This document shows, piece after piece, positions 49,374 to 61,305 of a stretch of DNA of 64,000 nt. The stretch spans positions 8,556,001-8,620,000 of the forward strand of contig CM068761.1 in assembly GCA_035084275.1 (NCBI GenBank), read 5' to 3'. Made by a program: the position numbers and the translations under genes. The notes beneath the pieces are model-generated. The model saw only the letters and a program-made list of their open reading frames with translations, had not been told where the DNA came from and did no database searches. How positions within the stretch are numbered: the stretch's first letter is position 1; every line of letters starts with the position of its first letter. Source of the DNA: Hydrolagus colliei (Eukaryota).

Positions 49374-50576
49374 ATTAGGAACATATAGAGCTAGTAGAAT
49401 TTATCTTTGGTAATCTACATTAAGAATTGTGTCAATGATTTTTTGGAAATTAAATTAATTTTGTCAGGAACGCCCAAATTGAGAAACAAATTCGATTAAA
49501 TACCTGCGGTAAATTTCCATCAGAAGGAATGAAGCTGTTATATTTTTAAGTAGAGTATTACAATACGGCAACAATAATTTGTCTGTTTGCTGGAATTGAA
49601 TGGTTGTACTGTACAGTGTGCGAACGCTGCAATAATGAAGCCCCCTGTGTAACATTACATGAATAAGAAATACTATAGTTTAATAAAATGACTGTTTCAC
49701 TGCCCTCTGTGCCCTGGCTATTTTTCTTCATTTCTTCTTTTCATTACCTAATTATTTTATCTGAAACACGAATTTGATCTGATTAATTAAACATGCAAGC
49801 AGTACTTATATGCGTTTGAAATTTGAGTAGTAGAATTTTGGAAACATCTTAATCTTGGTCGCTACTTGGGAGTCTTTTCATTTTGTTGTTAAAAAGAACC
49901 ATCGTTCAAAGTAAACTTAACATCAAATAAATTAAAGTGAATTTAAAATAGCGCAAAATGTTCAATGTTAAATCATAATTGTTGTTACAAGCTGAGCACG
50001 TGTGAAATGCTCTCCCCAACAATGCTGTACATCCACCTTGTGTTTGGAAGATAATTCATTTAGATACTTTTGCCCCCGGCCTCTCCAGCCCGCCAATCTC
50101 TAGAGAACTAAATCAAAGTATTACTCAAGTGCTTCACTCGATCATTATGCTGATCTTTCGTGTTGCCAAAAGGAGTCACAACCTATTGAAAGGTTATATC
50201 AGCATCAGATGCAAATGAAACATCAAAATGTACCCACTCAGAAGAGCTCATTGTAGAGTTACTCCCCTCCCCACCCCGTGGCCAGTGAGCTCCAAGCCTG
50301 CGGTTGAGTAACGTACCAACTTCCGCATTGCAGCCTTTTAACACCCGCAGGTGTCTCTGCAGTTTCCTTCAGTCGTTTAAGCTGCTGTCAATTCTAGTCA
50401 ATATTTTCACTTTATTGCAAACCATTAAATCGGTACGATATAACCATCAAATAGAATTGTTCTTTGTTTGTCGATATAAAAACAAGTTTAATGATTGAAA
50501 TGGAACTATGGTAAGAGGAAGCTGGACAACGACTTGTCTGGAATATACCAATCGCAGCTGGTACTGATGTCATCGA

Positions 50577-50760
50577 AACACAAAATACTACAGATGCTGG
50601 GAATCTGAAACAAAAACAGAAATTACTGGGGAACCTCAGCAGGTCAAACAGCATCCAGAATGCGGCTGTGGAAAAGGGGTTTGGTGAACACACAATCAAA
50701 CACAATGAAGCAAATTTCTTTTGGATGCTGTTTGACCTGCTGAGTTTCCGCAGCATCATT
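50577..50760. mobile_element. 184-bp element with 15-bp TSD and a perfect 22-bp internal inverted repeat
   Basis: TSD tactgatgt(c/a)atcga at 50562-50576 and 50761-50775; IR at 50635-50656 and 50723-50744. Confidence 0.85.
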
Positions 50761-51559
50761 TACTGATGTAATCGAGATGTTTATGTAACTCATATGGAAT
50801 GAATCCCAAGCTCTGGCTAATGTAATAATATAATAGCCTATAGTTATCTTTGAATTGGGATAATTGATTATTATAAAGAGAATAGTATAATTGATTGAAC
50901 CAATAAAAACAATAAAATGAATGATACACTGAGCACAACCGGCAGTGAGCGGACCATATTCTCCATTCACGTAATATAGTTTGCTGCTCTCCTAGTCTAA
51001 GAATTTGCATCTGTTAATGTTGATGAATGGTTAGCTCAACCAATCAGGCCCGAGATCCACGTTTACACATTCTGACTCGTGCGCTAATTTGTGAATAAAA
51101 ACTGAAAGTGTTGATTGTACTTCATGGGGGAGGAGGATTAAAAAATGTTATTTTGGTCATCGTTCACCACCATTTTATATTCTATTTTAGTGGGCCTAAT
51201 GCCGGAAAACACATATTGATACGGGATAAACTTGTGTTTAAATATAACGATACTTGGGAAATCGCTTCAACATAGTGGAGGTATATTTCTTTAAGTAATT
51301 ACCAGTACTGGATCTGCCCAAGTAACGTTGGGCATGTGTTCTTGAAAAATGCGATTTTAAGTGAACTACCATATTGCGAAACCTAAATTACCAAAGCCCC
51401 CATACTATCCACAGGGGTTACTTTCCTTCAGTACATTTTTGGTTGAAATTGTCTTACACTAATATTAAATAAAGACCAAAGGCAACACATCTAGTTTTGA
51501 AAATAAAATAAAAGTTTAAAGTTTAATAAATATGTACGTAATATAACAACAGCAAAATT

Positions 51560-52100
51560 ACATTGATAGAGCGCCTTTCATGTCAGGAGGATGTCCCAAG
51601 GCGCTGAACAGTCAGGTCAGGTGTCGATTGTGTACAGGGCGACGGGTTCGGGGGCAGGAGAGTAGGAAAGGGGGGAGAGTTTGGAGGGGTGGAGAAGGCA
51701 CGGTCCAAGAGGAAGGTGTTGAGACTGGCATTAAAGGAGGAAAGGGAGGAAGAGAGGTGAACGGGATGCAGGGTGGAGTTCCAGAGTGTTGGACATAATG
51801 GCTGAAAGCCCGGCCACTGATGGTTGGTCAGTTTTGGGCAGGGTATATGGAGCAGGATAGAGCCCACTGAATGGCGGGAATGGGCAGTCTGATAGGGAGT
51901 CAGTAGGTTGGAAAGATAGGTGGGGGCAAGGCCATGGATGGCCTTCAAAGTGAGAACGAGGATCTGTAATTGAACCCTAGTGAAGATGGGGAGCCATTGG
52001 AGATGAGCAAGGGTGCGATTGATGTGGTTGCAGTGCCTAGTGCAGGAGGATCCATGAGCTGCAGAGTTCTGAATAATCTGCTATAGACGAGCCGAGATGT
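51560..52100 (-). mobile_element. L2 3' fragment (same family as 10380 and 62085)
   Basis: Tail aaaattacattgatagagcgcc; colinear with 10385-10950. Confidence 0.75.
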
Positions 52101-53837
52101 GATGAAAATCATGATAGATGTGCAATGTAAATCGAGATTGTATCATCAATTCATTGTAAGTTATCCTTGTTGTTGCCTCCACAACCACTATCAATGTCAT
52201 TACATTTGTGCTCTATCCTACTGCCTGGCTTCCTGTACATCACCACAAAGGCAGCAAAATCCCATGTCTTTGAGAATTGATGTTAGTGATGGTGAGACGG
52301 TTCAAGGGCAATATACTATCAAGACTATCACATTTAGGTTAATTTTGTGGCATGTTCTCCACCATAGTAAAAGGCAATAATAATGACAGACAAATGCAAG
52401 AACACATTGCATTTATGCAGCAAGTGCATATTGGGAGTATGTACCAAAACTAGTCATCTGTGCTGTGATTGGATTGAAATTGGGAAGTGTGGAAGCATGA
52501 CCGAGACATGGTGAAAGAGAAAGGACTTTAGATGAGATTTCAAGGAGGGAAGACAGGGCAAGGCAAAGTGTTTCTGAGACAGTTTTCCCAAGGGATGTGA
52601 CCAAAGCATGTTGAAGGCCTTTCGTGATGAAAGCAAGAATGATGTTTTTGGCAGCATGAGTGGAGAGACAGTGGCAGTGTTGTTCAATGTAGTGGAAGTG
52701 CGGGAATGGAAAAATGTGGGTGGCATCCATATTGGGATAAGGAAAGATCCGCATCCAAGAGAATACCGAGGCTTTGTACAAGCTCTGGGTGGTGAAAAAT
52801 GAATCTGTTAATAGTGTCGTTGTCAGATCTTTGGGTGAAGAATTGCAGAAAGGATCCAAATAAAGCGGCCTTCGCCTCAACAACTTTAAACTGGAGAATA
52901 TTAGCCAATATTCAGGGCTTGTTCCCTGAAAATGGCAGGAAACACATTGAGAAATATGGAGGAACAGCTTGAATATATGTTTATTTGGAAAAGAATGGCC
53001 CTTCAAAATAAGTGCCTGAATTCAATAGGCCAAGTGATACACTTCTTACCCTTCATTCATATATTTTAAAGGTCTAAGAATATGTGCATGTTTAATCAGT
53101 TCTCAACGACAAAATTAATTTATATAGCACCTTTCATGTTGGGAGGATGTTCCAAGGCGCTGTACAGTCAGGTAGGAAACAGAGCAGGTGGGGAGGGATT
53201 GAGTGAAGGAGAGTAGGAGAATTGACTGTAGATTGAGGGCAAAGCATGGCAGCCAAATTGTGCACAGCAGCATCCCACAAACAGTAGTGGAAGTGGGATT
53301 AGGGGATAAAGTGTTATAAGAGGGTAATGGGTGAGAGGGAGGGAAAGGTGGGGTGTGGTAAAGTCAGGGAGGAAAAGGGGGGGGAGAAAGGTGGCTAGGG
53401 GTGGAGAGGGAGTGAAAGGTGGGGGGGGTTACAATCACAGAGAAATGGGTGAGAAAACAGGATGAGGGGGAAGAGAGAGTGAAGAGGGAAGAATGGGGGG
53501 AAAGGGAGCAGATGGAAGGAAGAGGGAGAAGAGGGGGCATAAGAGATGGAAGAAAAGGGGGAAGAGAGGGAGGCAAGAGGAAGGGAAGGGGATATAGAGG
53601 GTAGGGGTGAAAGAACAAGAGGAAGGAAAGGTGGGGAACGAAGCGGGGAAGAGAAAGGAGGGAAGAGGGGGAACGAAAGAGGGAAATAAAGAGGAAGCCA
53701 GGGAGAGGCAAAGAAAGGAGGGAAAAGTGGGGGAGATAAAAGGGCAAAGGAGGGAGGGAAGAAAAGGGGGGAAAGGTTAGAGAGCAAAAAGGTGGGGGGA
53801 TTAATGATCAGCAATAAAAAAATCAACAATAACAACA

Positions 53838-54063
53838 ATGAAATCCTTGAGCTCGTCCAGCAGCTGCTCCCTGTCCTCACCATCTGCCTTGATGATAAAA
53901 TTGAGGTGGAACTGGACCTGCGTGAAGTGCAAAGTGAGGGCCAAAAGTGATGAGTTGAGCAGTTCCTGCTCGGCCTTCAGCCGCTAACAACAACAACAAC
54001 CTCAACAAATTACATTTATAGTGCGCCTTTCACGTCGGGAGGACGTCCCAGTTTCTCAGCCAT
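53838..54063 (-). pseudogene. RUNDC1: RUNDC1-like fragment, copy 3 (split by a ~65-bp LINE tail)
   Basis: MAEKL | RLKAEQELLNSSLLALTLHFTQVQFHLNFIIKADGEDREQLLDELKDFI. Confidence 0.7.
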
Positions 54064-54127
54064 GATGGTCAAGACGGCGGCAGGGATTGGGCCTAGTGTG
54101 GTGACAGGCCACCAAACAACCGGATCC

Positions 54128-54430
54128 TCAGCTGGTGTACTTGGTGATGGCTTCGGTGCGTTATGTATTTGGCCGGCACACCCGGCAGCAGAGGCCTGAC
54201 CGCCGTCTGGATCTCGCATGATGAGATGATCTGCCGCTTGCTGTACTCGATCAGGTAATAGGCCTCGCAGGCGATCCGCTTGAAGATGTCACTGATGAAC
54301 GAGTTCATAATGTTCATGGCTGATGATGAATTGCCTGTGTTCAGGTGGACCCGCTTCAGCACCTTGTACACGTATGAGATTTAACTCGGCATCCTGCGCT
54401 TGCGGCCGCTGTGGCGGGGGCGCCATCTAA
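54128..54430 (-). pseudogene. H2B: Divergent histone H2B pseudogene, copy 3
   Basis: [74 protein letters not shown]...AITKYTS*. Confidence 0.9.
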
Positions 54431-55420
54431 CCCTGCTGCTCCTCCGCCGCCACCATTTTTGGATCCTGACTGAAGTGTTCACTGCCTTGCGATGTCTTCC
54501 TAATATGAAAGGTGCTCCTTAAATGTAATTTTATTGTTGTTGTTCAGTCATATATTTCTATGTTATGTGAATAAGTTTGATCATTTCCCAAATAATGCAA
54601 CTACAATAATGATAACTGGATACCTGGGGTAAATCATCTTCTGCAATGCAATCATGGGGATGTCCTGCATTGTTGGAGTGGCCAACCTTTCGATGTGACT
54701 TTCAGCTAAATCCAATTTTACTGTTGATATTAATACCAATGACCACATGCCATAATGCACATGAAGAAGAATACACTTGATACCCTGTCCAGCAATGACC
54801 CAAGTAACATTAGCATTGACTTCAAGGCTGCTTGTAAGACATTAATGTGCACAAATTGGCATCCACATTTGCCTGAAGAATATATGTCATATATCCAGTG
54901 AAGCATCATGTGAAACGAAAAGTTATGATTAAATGAAAGGTACTTTCTAAAAGGTGTTAGTATTTATCTCTTTTTTAACACACTGCACAGGTGAGTTTGT
55001 TTTTTTGAAGTCTGTTCTGGGTTTCTGTGCATGTGCAAATTATTTGACCTTGACCTGCCACAAACGTGCACTCAATTCTCAGTTGAGAAGAGTTCAATAC
55101 AAGCAATCTTTCAAATCTGAAGACCTGAGTATATCACCTTCTGAAATGCACTGATGAGTATGTGCTATGCTGTTGGAGGTGCCATCCTTTGGATTACACT
55201 TGAAACCAAATATTATTTTCTTGTTAATATGGACGCTAAGCATCCCATGGCACAATACAAATGCGGAACAAAGCATTTGAAGTCCTGGCCAACAATTCCC
55301 CAAATAAAAGTATCATTCATTTCAAGGCTGTTTATGAAACATCACCATGTACAAATAGGCTGCTACATTTTTCTGAACAGCATGTACAGTATATTCTGCG
55401 AGTATCGTGACAGGTCCTCT

Positions 55421-55572
55421 TCACAGCTAAAGACCATTCTTTTCGACCGTGCCTTTGGTCACCTTTCTACCGCTGCCCTGGTTTGGTCACGGGAACCGCT
55501 TCTGTGAAGTGCTTTGAGATGCCGCCTGGTATGGAAGGCGCCATATAAATCGAAGTTGTTGTTGTTGTTGTT
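55421..55572 (+). mobile_element. Short L2 3' insertion
   Basis: Interrupts gtcctctt|gatatg; ends aatcgaag(ttg)n. Confidence 0.8.
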
Positions 55573-56825
55573 GATATGAAACGTGCTTTGTCAAAAGTAT
55601 TATCTATTTAATTCATTTAACCGTCAATGTATTATGGAAGTATTCAGTTAGAAAATGAATGCAGGGCTGGGTTTTCCACGCATGTGCAAGTTATTTGACT
55701 TTGACTTGTCCCAAACGTGCATGGGATCAGCGCATGGACAGAATTGAATTCACGTGAGTGGGAACTCTGGGGGAAATCTTCACTTGAGGACTGGTTTTTT
55801 TTAGCAGGTTGTGTAACATTAATCTGCTTTTACACTCACCGTTCCAGTCCTTATCACAATTTAGATGTCAGTCACATATTCAGAAGATGGGATTTATGTA
55901 TTTGTGTATTGATGCCCTGAAAGGAAAAGTAGATTAACAGCTGTAAATATTTTATCACACAAAGTAGCCGCTGCAATTCATTGTGGCTCTATTGTATCAC
56001 ATCTGCAGTGAGGCATGGTGCAGTAAAGGGAATCCTAGCGTGAGGGCAGGGCTGGTACTTGCCACAAGGTGAATTGGAAAAAGTATTTCAGAAAAAGATA
56101 AACCGTACATGTGAGGAACCCTGTCACGTGATGTAAAGTGTGACTTTAACTGTATCAGTTCAGGTGTGGTTGTCGGTGTGTAAAGTGTAACAGAATGAAA
56201 GGATTAAACTTTCCCAACTACAAATTATCTTTCATCGGAACAAGCATCACAAGGGAATAAACATATCAGCGCTTTGTATCTGGGCAAGCGAATCTTGCAG
56301 GATTCACACATTGCAAAGCCGTGAACTATATGAATATTTAATTGGATTAAGACTTTTTAACGATACTGTAAATATTTGAAGTTTGTGCTACTTAAAAAAC
56401 TGCAAATGAAACTGTTTCACACTGCAAATGAAAACTAGCATCACTTTCTGATATCCTGTAGCTCCGTGTTTAGAGCACTTGCCTTACAATCAAGAGATCT
56501 GGGCTTGAAGCCAGTCAGGGCGAAACCTTGCGTAAATTTCCTTACTCCACGCCTGATAATAATCCCGAAAATACCCAATATAAATTGGTCATTTCATGAC
56601 TGTTGTTGGAAACTGGTTTGCGCAATCGGCTCACCCTTTCGCCCACGAACATACAGAATATTCTGTGAAGCGCTATCAGACGTCTAGAAGACGTGAAAAG
56701 CGCCATATCAAATGAAGGATTATTAATATTTTATCAAGCTCTTCATAATAAAACACTATTCAATGTTACTATGAAACATCTTTTCAAATCCGAGCAGTAA
56801 ATTGGTTCAAATCTGCATGATGTTC

Positions 56826-56935
56826 CATCTGCTGTTCAGAACAAGGATTCCTATTGGACGATGGGAGCCGGAGGATAATTTGCATGAATTGTGAATTCAA
56901 CTGGACTTGCATCACCTGATGGTTCTTAAGGAGAA
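56826..56935 (+). promoter_or_regulatory. Ig V promoter, cluster 5 (octamer 56878-56885)
   Basis: CATCTG, ATTGG, ATTTGCAT, CACCTG. Confidence 0.85.
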
Positions 56936-57009
56936 GTTTACAATCGAGCAGTAAAGTGGCTTTTGTCTGTGAATCACTAATTGCTCAGATCTTCGTCAAA
57001 CTGTTCACA

Positions 57010-57058
57010 ATGGGCGATTGGCTCCGAGTACTGGCCGCTTTGCTCCTGTGTCTGCATG
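57010..57058 (+). CDS. IGLV: Ig leader exon, cluster 5
   Basis: MGDWLRVLAALLLCLH-G, donor gtaag. Confidence 0.93.
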
Positions 57059-57200
57059 GTAAGCGCTGCGGAATCCGCACTGATCTCAATTACCTTCACT
57101 TTGTACAGTTAGTTCTACAGTGTGACCTGTCTACAGTGTGACCTCTCTACAGTGTGACCTATCTACAGTGTGACTTATCTGTGACTTGTTATTTCTCCAG

Positions 57201-57539
57201 GAACAACCGCAGCTGTTACCCTGACTCAGCCACCGTCCATCTCAACCTCCCCGGGAAACACCGTCAAGATCACCTGTACCATGTCCGGAGGCAGCATCGG
57301 CAGCTACACGAGCTGGTACCAGCAGAAGCCTGGCAGCGCCGCTGTGTTTGTTTGGCGTGATTATGGCTCCAGCAGAGGTCAGGGGATTCCTGATCGATTC
57401 ACTGGTTCTGTGGACTCATCGAGCAACGCCATGCACTTAACCATCAGCGGTGTGCAGCCGGAGGACGCTGCCGATTATTACTGTTTTTCCGGGTATAGCA
57501 GCTTCATCTTTGGTAAAGGGACCAAACTGAGTTTGAAAA
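57201..57539 (+). CDS. IGLV: Germline-joined VJ exon, cluster 5 (likely functional)
   Basis: Open 339-nt exon; CDR3 [10 protein letters not shown]. Confidence 0.93.
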
Positions 57540-59607
57540 GTAAGTGATCTTGTTTCGACTTTCAATGATTATTGTGATCTAATTCTCCAAAAGTTTCCAC
57601 AATAATAATAACAACAGCGTTGCTCTTGTACATAGCCTTTCGGGTCAGGAGAACGTCCAAATATTTTGTATGTTTGTCTATATTCAATATTATTTCACAC
57701 GGTTTCTGTGATAGTCGCACCTGGTGAAAATCTTCGGAATGATAAACCTTTTTTTTGGTAATCGCAAATTTTAAACCAAAACTGACCTCAACTGAAAATC
57801 TGTGAAGAATTTCGACGAATATTACAGCAAACTAACCGAGGTAAAAAGGTGGAGAAAGGAAAGAAATTAGCCAAGCGGGGTTAACCGTGGTGATATTTAT
57901 ATTTAACAGTCAGCAGGACTGAAGATGTCAGATTCACTGAAGCACCGCTTAGAGATCCTGGTAAAGAATGAGCCACACCAGGGAAATGAGTTAACACTTC
58001 ACACCTGAGATTGAAGTTAAATCTATTTGTGTCAGATTATTTAATTTCTATATTTACCTGTTAACCTCTTTCCCCAATTTGTCAGCACGAAGTGATATTT
58101 AAAAGAATCTCCATCATAAGGAGATCAACAGCATCTTTCCATCTGATGACTGTCGCTGGGGTCTAATGGACCGATTGCTGAGCGGTTCAATCTCAGAGGG
58201 AACCGGATACCCTGAAAATAGTGTTCGTCCGTGACTAACCGATCATTTTGAAAATTTAAATTTTGTTTGAGAGTGAGGAACACTATGTGTAACTGATATA
58301 TCGATGATAGAGAAGAACTGTAGGGGAGTTTGTTCTAAGCATCATTACGCATTCAAATCGAATCCATTATTGTCAGAATAATTCAAATGTTATAATCTGC
58401 TCCGTGTTATTGCCATAAACAATCTTTGCATTTTAACATTTTTCTATTCCAGATTTCTATTCGGATTTCCTGAAATGTTTTATTTTCTGCCACTAACCCT
58501 TTAAAATAAGTTTATATTTTACCATTTATTGCGCGCATTTATCTTCAGATTTCTAACTTTATAAACGCATTATTTTCTCCCAATTCCGTGGTTGATGTCG
58601 CTAAGGGCAGCACCATTGGAGAGACTCAATAATATCATGGTTTTCACCACAAGTTGCTGCAGTTGGTCACATGGGAATCATCGCTCATTAAAGACAGAGG
58701 CTGAGCGCCGGCTCAATCTGGTCAAAATACATTTTCTCCTTTGAAAATTTACTTTATTATTTCCCTCAGGCATCATATTAAAGGGATTCCGATTTGTGTA
58801 TTGTGATTTGTGTATTGTGCGCTATTAATTATGAATTAAAATCAGCAAATACGGTGCCAAATAAATTATTGTGAAATCGGAAGCTCCTCTATGTAACAAA
58901 TCAAAGATTGGATTCTGATTGTGCTCCTGAATTGGTTTTCAGTGCAGAGTGTTTGGTTAAAAGGAAAACATTTATTTCCTTCCTAGTTTCAGGTTGTTAA
59001 TCTCAATACAAACTCAATACAATTAATAATGATGTTTCACTGAGCTTTCAACAGCAGCTCCCGCCACATACTCCTAGAGACGCGGTATTTAGTGTCTCGT
59101 GTTAGTTCTTATGATAGTAGGTATTAATTACTTCAATACATCACAATATGAACGCGTGTTCCCCACTGCCAAAAACCCTAAAATAAATTGGTCATTTCAA
59201 TCCACGACTGTTTGTGAGACACTGCTGTGCGCAATTGGCTACCTACAGTATATTTTGAGAAATTTGAGACATCAAGAGCACTATATCAAATGCGAGGATT
59301 ATTATCCTTATTATTGTTGAGCTCTGAGCAGCAAACTATTGATAGTATAATAATGAACCGTGTGTGGTGGTGTATGATGACCCCCAACACTTATTGTTCC
59401 CTTCACATTGTTACACTTTGTCACAGTTGAAAAGTACCGTCTAAAACTCTGCACAAGAAAATGTTTTACCATTTTCAGGAATGTGAAATACTGTATAGGA
59501 TTATTTATTGGTGATCCTGAAGTTTTGTGGTGCTATTCAACAGGTCGATTGTAACTTAAAATGTTAAAAAATGAATTTCAATTTTTTTATCTACATTTTT
59601 GTTCCAG

Positions 59608-59930
59608 ACCCACGGGCCCCCTCGGTGACTGTCCTTCCGCCGTCACCAGATCAAATCACAGCAAAGAGCAAGGCGACCCTGGTGTGTCTGGTGAATGATT
59701 TTACCCCGGGAGCTGTGGAGGTCAAGTGGACTGTGGATGGCAGTGCCAGAAGTGAAGGTGTTGAAACCAGTGCGATCAAGCAGGAGGTGGACAACACGTA
59801 CAGTGTGAGCAGTTATCTGACTCTGCCAGCCTCCGAGTGGGAGTCACACGAGCTGTATTCCTGTCTGGTCAAACACGAGACTCGGGGGACTCCGCTGGAA
59901 AAAACCATCGCCAGATCCAGTTGTTCCTAA
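59608..59930 (+). CDS. IGLC: Constant exon, cluster 5
   Basis: Acceptor gttccag; ends RSSCS*; AATAAA at 60246. Confidence 0.94.
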
Positions 59931-61122
59931 TCAGGAATATAGCGTTCGAATGTAACGAATTTATCTTTGGCAATCCACATTAACGATAAGAATTGTGTTA
60001 TTTGTTCTTTGGAAATTAAAGTAATTTTGTCAGGAATGCCCAAATTCAGAAACAAATTCGCTTAAATACATTCTGTAAATTTCCAGCAGAAGGAAATAAG
60101 CTCTTAGATTTTTAAGTAGAGTGTTACAATATGGCAACAATAGTTTGTCTGTTTACTGGAATTGAATGGTTGTATTTTCCAGTGTGTTCACGCTGCAATA
60201 ATCAAGCCACTGTGCAACATTACAGAAATAAGAAAGATGCGGTTTAATAAAATGACTCTTTCATTGCCCTCTGTGCCATGGCTATTTTTCTTCAATTTCA
60301 TCTTTTGATTTTATTATTTTATCTGAAACACGAATTTGATGTTATTAACTAAACATGCACCCAGTACTGATATGCGCAGAATTTTGGAAACATCTCAATC
60401 TTGGTCGCTATTTGGGAGCCTTTTCATGTTCTTGTTAAAAGGAACCATCCTTCAAAGTAAACTCAACGTCAATTACAATTAAAGTGAATTCAAATTATCG
60501 CTTAATATTCAGTGTTAAGTCATGATTGTTGTTACAGGCTGAGCACGTGTGAAATGCTCCCCCCAACAATGCTGTATATCCACCTTGGGTTTGGAAGATA
60601 ATTCATTGAGATACCTTTCCCCCTGCCTCTCCAGCCCGCCAATCTCTATAGAACTAAATCAAAGTATTACTCAAGTGCTTCACTCGATCATTATGCTGAG
60701 CTTTTTTGTTGTCAAAAGGAGTGACAACCTATTGAAAGGTTATATGACCATCAGATGCAAATTAAACATCAAAATGTACCCACTCCGAAGAGCTCATTGT
60801 AGAGTTACTCCCCTCCCCACCCCGTGGCCAGTGAGCTCCAAGCCTGCGGTTGAGTAACGTACCAACTTCCGCATTGCAGCCTTTTAACACCCGCAGGTGT
60901 CTCTGCAGTTTCCTTCAGTCGTTTTCGCTGCTGTCAATTCTAGTCAATATTTTCACTTTATTGCAAACCATTAAATCGGTACGATATAACCATCAAATAG
61001 AACTATTCTTTGTTGGTCGATATCAAAACAAGTTTAATGATTGAAATGGAACTATGGTAAGAGGAAGCTGGACAACGACTTGTCTGGAATATACCAGTCG
61101 CAGCTGGTACTGATGTCATCGA

Positions 61123-61305
61123 AACACAAAATACTACAGATGCTGGGAATCTGAAACAAAAACAAAAGTTGCTGGAGAAGCTCAGCAGGTCAAACAGCAT
61201 TCAAAATATGGCTATGGAAACGGGGTTTGGTGAACACACAATCAAACACAATCAAGCAAATTTCTTTTGGATGCTGTTTGACCTGCTGAGTTCCCCAACA
61301 ACTTT
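61123..61305. mobile_element. ~184-bp IR element with 15-bp TSD (cluster 5 copy)
   Basis: TSD at 61108-61122 and 61306-61320. Confidence 0.82.
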
